Below are positions 54,125-64,000 of a stretch of DNA of 64,000 bases, piece after piece (within the stretch, counting starts at the first letter, position 1; each line of letters begins with the position of its first letter). Source of the DNA: Eledone cirrhosa (taxonomy: Eukaryota); contig OZ024743.1 in NCBI GenBank assembly GCA_964016885.1, positions 99,200,001-99,264,000 on the forward strand, given 5' to 3'. The notes beneath the pieces were generated by a model. The model did not search any database. It was given only the letters and a program-made list of their open reading frames with translations, and was not told the origin of the DNA. The position numbers and the translations under genes were made by a program.

Positions 54125-56530
54125 TTCATTTATTAACCACAAGGGCCGACATGTAGGGGACAATACAAAGACAGGGACAGTGGGGGTTTACAATAAGGTC
54201 GAGTAAAAGTGCACTATGGCAAGACTAATTTAACAATGAAAATATAAAAATATAAAATAAACTATGCATAAATATAACAAAATAAATTCCCCGATAGGGG
54301 GTGGACGACCCTGGGGTGACTTGGGTACCCCACCAATCCTGAACCACCCTGCTCTTCTAGGGCACCCAGGGAGAGCACCCCTCTCCTCAAGTTAGCTAGC
54401 CTATAGGTGCATGGTCATTCACATGAGCCATTCTCATGAGCCATTCACATGAGCCATTCTCATGAGCCATTCACATGAGCCATTCTCGCCACATTCACCC
54501 ACCTTTTAGCAAATGCTCTGGGGGGCAGCACTTCTCTCTCCACCCTCACCTTCCTTTCCAGGTGAAACTTGAAGAAGTTGATGAGGGATTGGCCGAAGAG
54601 AAAAGTGTCTGTCTTCAGTCCTTTTAACCTGGTCCACCATATAACCTCTTTCGCAACTGCCACCAGACAGAGGAAAATTTCCTGCTCTTCCTGACTTAAG
54701 GAAGGCGGTGGATCGATCTTCACTATGGACTCAGCCGATAGCCGGATTCGTTCCACACACGACAGTAGCTGTTCGACATAACTCCACAAGTCAGTAATGC
54801 ACGGACATTGGACAAGTGCGTGCAGAACGGTTTCGTCGTTCTGTGCGCATCTTGGGCAGGTCCGTCTGACAGCACTTCCGTGCCTGTAGAGTTTATCCCG
54901 AACCAGCAGTGCCCCCCGGTAGCACTGCCAAGTGAGGGATTTCTGGAAATTGTCCATCGTCCCCGGCTCAAAAGTCCTCCGGTACAGACTGGTCAGTTCG
55001 ACTTCGTCGAGGCTCAAAGCTTCTCCGAGTGCGTCATCGCACTTGCCCACCACTAATCCTCTATAGAACTCGAGAGTGGAAGTTCCACTGATCGCATTGC
55101 CCACTTGGTAGAGGGCAGTGAGTGCCTGGCAACATTTCAGGTGCCAGTCACCCAGTCTCGGTCTCTTCTTGACCCAGGACTGCAGCTCAGTCAAAGAAAT
55201 GAGCTGCGGAAAGGCCTGTCTGATAAACGGCAACCACACCTGTTCACCGTTGAGGCAGAATATCTGGAGATGTCACAGTCTCAACGCATGTCTGCGCATC
55301 ATTAGCCACGGCATGCCCAGCCCTCCGCGTAGAGGGTGCTGGCAGCAGATGGACCGCCTCACCAACGGAACTTGCCCTCTCCACAAGAATTTGAAGAGGA
55401 GCCGTTCCAACTTGACGAGGCGTGGACGGGGGCAAGGCACGACGGTCAGGCGGTAGTAGATGACGGACACGTGTACGCATTCGCCACCTCCGCGCGACCT
55501 TTCAGTGATAGCTTCCTCCCAGCCCATTTTTGGGTGAGACTGGCTACTCTGCTCGTTACCTCATCCCAATTCTTTTCCACCTGGAGGTCTGGTCCAAACC
55601 AAACCTCGAGCAACTTTACCGGTCCGTCCGTCCAGCGCCCCACGATGCTGTTGGACAGCATGGGCTTACTTCTCCAGGTTCCGAGCTGCAAGCCCACCGA
55701 CTTTTCCGGGTTAAGTTTGGCTCCTGTCAACCTTTCATATTCCTTCAATAAGGTGCCGACCACCTCGATTTCTGCGGTGTTCGACACCATCACGGTGATG
55801 TCGTCCGCATAAGCCGACACCGCCTTTCCACGTCCCGGTTCAAGCGGGATGCCCTGCAACAGCTCCAGCTTCCGCAGTAAAGGCTCAAGAGTCAATACGT
55901 ACAGAAGGGAAGAGAGAGGGCACCCTTGACGGACAGATCGGGAGAGCCGAAATGGTTCCGAGAGGTGGCCATTAACCTTAACCACCGAGTGTGTGCCGCT
56001 GTGCATTGCAGCACTCCAGCTTCTGAAGACAGGGCCAAACCAGCTGCTTTGAGGACAAACTCCAGATACCGATGGTCGATCCTATCAAATGCTTTCGATT
56101 GATCTAAATTGATCAGTGCCCCACCGAAGCCAGGTTTACACCCTACCCTCTCTATGATGTATCGCATGAGGTGGAGATTGTCGTGTATGGACCTGGCAAG
56201 TTTGCACCTCCCCAACCAAATCCTCAATGACAAGCGCCAATCTCTTTGCTAACACCTTGGCCAAAATCTTAAACTCTGTGTTGAGCAGGGTTATGGGCCT
56301 GAAGTTGTCTAATGTATCCCTCTTGTTCTCGTCTTTCCTTATCAGCGTCACCACTCCCCTGCTCACAGAACTGAGAATACTCCCATTCTGCTGCCAGTTG
56401 CAGTAAAGTGCTTTGAGGAGTTCGGAGAACAAGTCTGGCATATTTACGTAAAGCTCGTAGGGCAGGCCATCCTAACCGGGTGACTTGCGCCTTATGCAGC
56501 CGACAAGGGCATTCTGAATTTCGGCTGAAG
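54125..56530 (-). mobile_element. 5'-truncated Tx1/L1-clade LINE, frameshifted
   Basis: NFRPITLLNTEFKILAK, LDQSKAFDR, RQGCPLS, AYADD, GGLGMP, CPRC...ETVLHALVQC. 3' end cccttgtggttAATAAA abuts (TTA)n. Confidence 0.9.
54411..54488. repeat. 13-bp tandem repeat at the end of Tx1 ORF2
   Basis: catgagccattc(a/t) about 5-6 times, alternating. Confidence 0.85.
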
Positions 56531-56549
56531 TAAATAATAATAATAATAA

Positions 56550-56822
56550 TAATAATAATGTAAAAAGGATTTGGAACTGCCATGAGGTCAAAGTGGTCCC
56601 GATTGTCATAGGCGCACTAGGTACTATCTCAAAGAGTTTCCAAGGATGGTTAAAGAAAATTGGTCCCGCCCCACTCTTTGGAACACTTCAAAAGGCATGC
56701 TTGATGGGAACAGCAAGAACCCTCTGATACGTCCTGAATATCTGAGGCTGCAGGTAGTGGCTTGACATTCATTTCAACAAACTTTCCAGTTAAATAACAT
56801 CAATGACTGAGACTCAAAGAAC
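56550..56822 (+). mobile_element. Second R4/Dong 3' fragment between (TAA)n tracts
   Basis: VKRIWNCHEVKVVPIVIGALGTISK...LQKACLMGTART. Confidence 0.8.
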
Positions 56823-56867
<45 letters not shown>

Positions 56868-56868
<1 letters not shown>

Positions 56869-59800
56869 TTTTCTTTATTAACCACAAGGGTTTGCATAAA
56901 GTAGACATTAAGGACAGTACAGGACAATACAGGATGGTACAAATGGGCATTTCTGCGTGTAAAAACAGAGGATGTAATAAAAATAACAATGAAAAATTCC
57001 CCAATAGGGGGGAGACTTCCGAGGGACATTTGTGGAGAAAACCCATTAAAAGACCACAGTGACCCTGACCACCAGGGCAAGTGCCCTCTCCCAGTTTTCC
57101 ACCTTTAATTTACAGACACACACTCAGAGTAGGCCCATTCACTCAGGCCATACTTGCTTCTCTCACCCATCTTTCAACAAAATGCTGGGAAGAAAGCACT
57201 TCCCTCTTTACCATGATTTTCCTTTTCAAATGAAATTTGAAAAAGTCAATCAGGGCATCACCGAAGAGGTAAGTGCTCATCTTCAGCCCTTTCAAACGTG
57301 TCCACCATACTATCTCTTTCGCCATGGTCACCAGACAGATAAAAACTGCCTGCCCTTCCCGGCTAAAGGAAGAGGGCGGGGCAATCCTCACGACGGACTC
57401 AGCTGATAGCTGGATCCGTCCTACACGTGACAGCAGGTGTTCGACATAAACCCACAAGTCAGCAATGCTCGGACACTGGACGAGTGCGTGCAGGACGGTT
57501 TCATTGCCCTGCGCGCATCTCGGACATGCCCGGCTGACGGCACCTCCATGCTGCCTGTAGAGTTTATCCCGAACTGGCAAAGCTCCTTGGTAGCACTGCC
57601 AGGCCAGGGATTTCTGGAAGTTGTCCATAGGCCCCGGCCCGAAAGTTCTTCCGAAGAGATTGGCTAGTTGATTTTCGTCGACGCCTAGAGTTTCTCCAAG
57701 TACATCGTCGCTCTTCCCCTCCACTTATCCTCTATAGAACGCCAAGGTGGAGTTTCCACCGATCACATTGCCCGATTGGTTGAGGGCTGTGAGCGCCTGA
57801 AGACATTCCAGTCTCCAAGCGCTCCCTCTCGGTCTTCGCTTGACCCAGGACTGCAGCTCCGTCAAGGAGACGAGCTGGGGAAAGACGTGTCTAGCAAACG
57901 GCGACCACACCTGATCACCGACGAGGAAGAGGTGGAGATGTCGTAGCCTGAGCGCGTGTCTGCGCATCATCAGCCACGGCATGCCCAGCCCTCCACGTAA
58001 CGGGTGTTCACAGCAGATGGACCGCCTGACCATTGGAGCGCGTCCCTTCCACAAAAAGCGAAAGAGCAAACGCTCAAGCGCAGTCAGGCGGTGCTTAGGA
58101 CAAGGTACGACGGTCAGGCGGTAGTAGATGACGGACGCAATGTACGCGTTAGCCACCTCCGCTCGACCTTTTAGGGATAGCTTCCTCTCCGCCCATTTCT
58201 GGGTGAGAGAAGCCACCCTGCTCGTCACCTCATCCCAGTTTTTGTCCGTCTGGAGGTCCGGACCGAACCAGACCCCTAGCAATTTAACCGGTCCGTCCGT
58301 CCAGTGCCCGACGACGCTGTTGGACGGCATGGAATGGACCTGCCTCTCCAGGTGCCGAGCTGCAGGCCAACTGACTTTTCCTGGTTGATCATTGCTCCTG
58401 TCACCGCTTCGTATTCTCTTAGTGTAGTGCCGATCGCCTCGATGTGTTTGGCGTTCGACACCACTACGGTGACATCGTCCGCATATGCTGACACGGATCT
58501 TCCGCATCCTAGTTCGCGCGGGACCCCTCTCAACGTCTCCAGTTTGTGCAGTAATGGCTTGAGAGTCAATACGTACAAGAGGGACGAGAGGGGACATCCT
58601 TGACGGACCGAGCGCATGATGTTGAACGGTTCCGAAAGGTGACAGTTCACTCTCACCACAGAGCAGATGTCGCTGTGCATGGCAGTGATCCAGCCTCTGA
58701 AGACGGGCCCAAAGCCAGCCGCCCTCAGGAGTGCCGCTAGGTAACGATGGTCGACCCTATCGAAAGCTTTTGACTGATCTAAATTGATCAAGTCTCCACC
58801 CGTGCCAGGTTCCCTAGCTACCCTCTCTATGATGTATCGCATGAGGTGGAGGTTTTCGTGGATGGATCTGTCGGGAATGGCGCATGTCTGCGCCTCTCCC
58901 ACCAGACCACCAACGACAAGCGCTAACCTCTTTGCTAGCACCTTGGCCAAAATCTTGAACTCTGTGTTTAGCAGAGTTATGGGCCTAAAATTATCTATGT
59001 TATCCCCCTTGTTCGGATCCTTTCTCAGCAGCTCCACCACTCCTCGGCTCACAGAGCTGGGAATTCTCCCGTTCTGTTGCCAGTTGCAGTAGACGTCCGC
59101 CAAGAGGCCTCCGAACAAGTCTGGCATTTGTACGTAAAGTTCATAGTGCAGACCATCCAAACCAGGCGATTTACCCCTTGTGCAGCCAGTCATTGCCTCC
59201 CGTACTTCAGCGGCTGTTATCGGCTTTTCGCAACACTCCGCCTCAGTGGCTGAGAGCCGTGGCAGTCCGTCGAGGTAGACACTAAAGTCTATCCCTCGAT
59301 CCGGCCCGCCGCTGCCCCCGAACAGTTGAGCGAAGTGTCACTGAAAAGTTTCACACATTTGCCCGTGATCGAGTAGCATGCGCCCGTCGTGGTCCACCAA
59401 TGACCGGATCGTGGCTTTGTTGCCATGACGCGCCTCCGCCACTCGGGCCCATTGAACGGCTTTCCTCCCCTCGTGTCTGAGAGCACGCACCCTAGCTCTG
59501 ACAACGCAGCCTTCGTGCTTTGCATTGAAGAATTGGTCAAGGTCCAAATTCGCCGCAAGTACGTCGGTCGCGATGCCTTTGCTAAGCGCCTCGTCTAATT
59601 TTCTAACTAATTCTCCCTCTGCTCTATTTTTCTCTATTGCTAAAGCCTTACTAAACCTAATGGACTCTATTCTAATTGCTCTTTTCAGAGCAAACCACCA
59701 CTTGTTGTTGACGATGGCCCCCGTCAACGCCCGCTTAACTAGTTCGCTAATCTGGTCTCTGTAGGCCTTGCGCACTGGTAAGGACGCGTTTAGCTTCCAG

Positions 59801-62708
59801 TAGCCGGGTCCTCGTCTATGAAGCCTATCTAAGTCAAGCACACAGATCACGAATTTGTGGTCCTATCTTGAATTGTGGACAGCCTATGCTAGACCTATCT
59901 ATTTCCCTACAAAATACTCTATCTAGATATGATCTGGATGACCCTATGCGATTTGTCCAAGTCCACATTGGCACATTCGGGAAATCCAATCGGTACCTGT
60001 CAGACAGTTCAAAACGCCTGAGCAGGTTGGTGAGACTCTTGCACCCTCCTCCCCTATCCAGTAATCCCACACAGTTCCAGCGTGCATCTAAGATCCCGTT
60101 CCAGTCGCCCACTAACACTAAAGAGCGGGACGTTCCAAGAAAGGTCTCCAGACGCCGGAAGAAATCAGGCCGCCCTGCTCCTGTCGGGGCATAGACGGCC
60201 ACTAACCTGAAAGCTTGCCTGTCTCCGCTGGTCACGTCCAGCACCACCACCAACTTACCAGGAAGATGGCCCGTATGGCAAGATCCAAACTTCTCCGAAA
60301 AAGCACAGCAACTCCTCCTCCCGATCCCGGACGGCTGGGAGATGCGTACACATCGTAGCCGCCGAAGATCGGTGCGAAGGCTCGTGCTTCGGAGATTCTG
60401 GTCTCGCTGATGGCCACTACATCTATGTCATTGAGCAGGTGGCCCTGCTTCCATGACGACCCCAAGCCACGCGCATTTATGCTGCCTATTCTGAGTGAGG
60501 TCATGTTGAAATGGAGTGGAAAAGATGGGAAAGACCACTTACCTTACTTCTCGTAGAGGAAGGACGGTTTCTCCATCCTTTTCACTGCTTGTGACCTCCT
60601 CAGAAAGGATGTCCTTATAAATCCTCCTGGAAAGTGCTTGTCGGAAGTCTCCGATGTCTTTGGGGAATTTTTGTTTTAGTGTCATGTACGTTTTCTGTGT
60701 GATGCGAGTGATTTGTATGTGTGGAGGTGGCGTGAATTTTTGGGTTGTTGTGTAGTCTTTTTCTGTGATGCTGGTGTTGTGTTGGATGTAGTGTAATAAT
60801 TGGTTGTTGTTCAAATTTAATGCTGTGTAGTGTGTATCGTTTTGGTTGTTTTGTTTTGTTTGCGTTTGTTGTGGGTTTGTTTCTGTTTCGCATTTTGGTG
60901 ACTTTTGTGGTGTAGGTGATGGTGGTGTTGGGGTTAATGATGTGATGGTGTTGGTGTTTGGAGTGATGGGGTTGGTGATGCTGGTGTGGATGGTGGCATG
61001 TCTGTCCTAACTTTTTTGTTTGATAGTTTATTTGTTTTCCTCTCTATTTTGTTTTTGGAGGGGGAAGGAAGAGAATTTTTTCTTTTTTGGTTTCTTTTTT
61101 TCTTTTTTCCTGATACCGTTTCCCACTCCTCGTCGTCACAATCTGTCTCCAGTTGCGATAGGCCGGGGAGTGGAAAATCCTCCACAGGCGTTAGTTTTGG
61201 TTGTGGCGTGGTGGCTGGTGTAGGCGCTGGTGCTAGTTCTGAAGCATTGGGTGGTGGTGGTGTTGGTTTTACTACTGTTGCTGGGGTTGTTGCTGTTATA
61301 GTTGCTTCTGTTGTTGCTGCTGCCATCTCTGCTGCTGGTGGTGTTGATGGTTGAGTCACTGGGGTGGGTAGGAGAGGTGGCCTCAACCTTTTAGCCTGAG
61401 GGCAGAAAGCCCTTAGGTGGGTTCCTTCACCACAAACGACACACCTAGGCCTTCTGCCTTCAACAATTACGGTGAGATGGCTGCCGTCAGTGAGGTCTAT
61501 TACCTCTGGGATCTCCTCAATGCTTTTTTGGTCCGCTTGGATCAGGAGCTCAATCCCAGATCCGGACCAGTTCTCCTGCTTTTCTTTCACTATTGCTATT
61601 ATCTTGGTATTGGCTTCCATGCCGGCGAGGACGGCAGCTATTAGCCAGAGAATTTCGATGGCCGGTGGAACGTGGGTCACCCTGATCTTTACGAATCTCT
61701 GGCCACAATAGCTTGGGACGAGTGTGAAGTCGTCACTTCTTAATGGGGCCATGGAGTGTTCTCTAGCCTCCTCTGGTGTTTCAAAGAACACGTCCATGGT
61801 TCCATACTTCTGCCCACGTCTGATATGGGTTTTTTTTGCCCATACATGTCCCAAAGCTTTTGGGATTTGGGACTCGGATGCCCGTTCCACTCGGCGCGAT
61901 TTTACATTAATTATTCGATACGACACGGTGCATAGGCGCCGATGCTCCATTTTATTAAGGGGGGGGGGGGGGGGGCTGACCCTGTACCCATCTTTCTTTA
62001 CCATTTTTTTGGCATCTTCTAATTCCTCCTGAGTTACCTGAAATGCTTCGCACTGTTTTGCTACTCTGGCAAAACTCAGGGTGGTTTTCTTAATATCATT
62101 GTTGCTGTTGTTGTTATCGTTATTTTTGTTATTATTAATTTTAGTTTCAGTTGTGGTGTTGGTTGCGTCAGTGGTGTTCGGTGTGGAAGAGTTCATTTTG
62201 GTTGAATTCATTTCGACATCACGAGTTAATTTATTTTTTCTTTTGTTTCTGTTGTCGCGGTGGTGGTGGGGGTGCTGGTTGTCGCGGTGGTGGTGGTGGT
62301 GGTGGTGGTAGCGGCTTTAACACCTGCATTCATTGCTAATGGCGGGAAATGAATGTCTGCCTGAGACAAATTAAAAATATTGCTACTGCTTATATCTTTA
62401 GTGTTGGCAAACGTAGTAATATTTACAATGGTGGTGTTGGTGTGAGGTGTTAGTTTGTGAGGAAGGCTGTCAGCTTCGTGTGGCTGAGACTTCCATGTTT
62501 TTTTTTCAAAGAAATTTTTTTGATAATTATAAAAGTTTAAATTTTGGGCACAAGGCCCCAGTCTTTTTGGGTGTCCTTTTCGGAAAACAATGTATGTGCG
62601 CTTATATACAGTTAACAATACAATTTTCCATAAATGGCAATTTTTAACAAACGGAAACAACAAACCTTTGCAGAGCTCACGATGATACGATTTACTACGT
62701 AGGTCGCC
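56868..62708 (-). mobile_element. Apparently full-length Tx1/L1-clade LINE in (TAA)n
   Basis: 5' UTR. ORF1 with a CCHC knuckle. ORF2 from 60504 with APE motifs (SINARGL, ISET, VYAP, GDWN, SYLDR), GYWKLN, RT and C-terminal CPRC..H...C. TAA repeats at both ends. Multiple frameshifts. Confidence 0.92.
60934..62211 (-). CDS. Tx1 LINE ORF1 protein (gag-like, CCHC zinc knuckle), C-terminus probably frameshifted to 60539
   Basis: 425-aa ORF with SFARVAK, VEGRRPRCVVCGEGTHLRAFCP, a Pro/Thr-rich linker and WETVSGKKKKR. Lies directly upstream of ORF2. Confidence 0.8.
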   Translation of the reverse strand: MNSTKMNSSTPNTTDATNTTTETKINNNKNNDNNNSNNDIKKTTLSFARVAKQCEAFQVTQEELEDAKKMVKKDGYRVSPPPPPLNKMEHRRLCTVSYRIINVKSRRVERASESQIPKALGHVWAKKTHIRRGQKYGTMDVFFETPEEAREHSMAPLRSDDFTLVPSYCGQRFVKIRVTHVPPAIEILWLIAAVLAGMEANTKIIAIVKEKQENWSGSGIELLIQADQKSIEEIPEVIDLTDGSHLTVIVEGRRPRCVVCGEGTHLRAFCPQAKRLRPPLLPTPVTQPSTPPAAEMAAATTEATITATTPATVVKPTPPPPNASELAPAPTPATTPQPKLTPVEDFPLPGLSQLETDCDDEEWETVSGKKKKRNQKRKNSLPSPSKNKIERKTNKLSNKKVRTDMPPSTPASPTPSLQTPTPSHH

Positions 62709-63454
62709 AATAATAATAATAATAATAATAATAATAATTTGAGTATAGGTAGAGTTAATAGTAAAGAGTTGTGAAAACATCGATGGTTGAAGAGACTTAG
62801 AAATGCACCCAAATTAGAATGAAGGGAAGGAGCTAAGTATGAAATAAAGTGATTATAAGAGGCAGTGTAAGATGTGATGTAGAAATATGTGAACTGATAG
62901 CAACACAAAGCAACTGTGCTTTTATAGAAATGAGTGAGGTAGGATATATATATATATGTGTGTATATATATATATATATATACACATAGATATGCATATA
63001 TATATACACATAGATATGCATATATATTTATACACACATACAAATATATACATATACTATACATACATACATGTATATATATATTTACATATATATATAT
63101 ATATATAAGAGTGTGTATGTGTGTGTGTGTGTGAGAGAGAGTGTGTGTTCGGTAATTTAAATAATCAAATCAGTAATGCTACAGGATTCAGAAGAGTTGA
63201 ATGATAGATGATGATAAATTCTTTCATTATTAGATCAACATTCCTGATATTTGTTCATCCAAGCATGGAACAATGCTGGAGATAAGCTGCTCTTTCTTTA
63301 GTTCCTATCTTCCTTTTTTCCCCTTAAATATTGCCTTCATAATCAAATAAATAGTTGCTATAGTTTGAAGAACACAGAAAACAACATACATGTATATATA
63401 TATATGTATTATAAACATATATGTATGTATATATATATATATGTATTATAAACA

Positions 63455-63732
63455 TATATGTATGTATGTATGTGTCTATGTATGTATGTATGTATGTATG
63501 TATGTATCTATGTATGTATGTGTGTATGTAAGTAATTATGTATGTGTGTATGTATGTATGTGTGTATGTATGTATTTATCTATGTATGTGTGTATGTATG
63601 TATCTATGTATGTGTGTTATCTCTTTCTCTTAATTTTGAGTATATTTTTTTGACCAGCCACCTTCCTGGTGGCAAGCATCTATGTATGTATGTGTGTATC
63701 TATGTATGTATGTATCTATGTATGTATGTATG
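63455..63732. repeat. (TATG)n microsatellite
   Basis: Degenerate tatg/tgtg repeats. Confidence 0.9.
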
Positions 63733-64000
63733 ACGTGTAGACAGATAGTGTAAAATGTTGATAATGGAAATGGAAATCCTAAAAATGCTAAAATACTGGA
63801 GAAGGAAGACTGAGCTGTGAAGTGTTCCATTTGCAATGTAAATCTGAGTAAGAAAGAGATAGATAAATAGAGAGACAGATAGATAGAGAGAGAGAGAGGG
63901 AGAGAATATGAAGTAGGAGGGAGAGTTAGAGAGTATTCTTTTTAATGAGCGAACAACAAGGTATAAGTACAATCATTGTGATGAGAATTGATAATGTGAA

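Noticed and set aside
63700-63860. Acceptor-like tcttactcag on the minus strand followed by an open frame
   Set aside because: No donor site and no TULP4 similarity. It runs into a microsatellite.

Overview
AT-rich, microsatellite-dense animal genomic DNA. The repeat families (tRNA-derived SINEs with RTE-type (GAT)n tails, RTE, R4/Dong, Tx1 and Penelope-like elements) suggest a coleoid cephalopod, probably an octopus; this is inference. The only host gene recognised is a minus-strand TULP4 (tubby-like 4) orthologue. Three phase-compatible exons are visible (29039-29266, 25133-25361, 20097-20293). A candidate 48-nt symmetric cassette exon lies at 50081-50128, with a hairpin overlapping its 5' splice site. 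No other TULP4 exons were found, so the rest of the window is probably intronic. It is filled with RTE LINE fragments carrying a PHD-like finger, two SINE families, TTAA-flanked piggyBac-like MITEs and a 29-bp minisatellite. A near-full-length Penelope-like element with inverted termini sits at 34795-38201, and an alternating Dong/Tx1 array in (TAA)n tracts spans 53-63 kb. The most unusual signal is a dense set of (TA)n-embedded islands that fold back on themselves and carry minimal or variant hammerhead-ribozyme motifs. One of these motifs has an intact core, is sense to the TULP4 pre-mRNA and lies inside a ~150-bp hairpin. All coordinates were read by eye and no database search was run.
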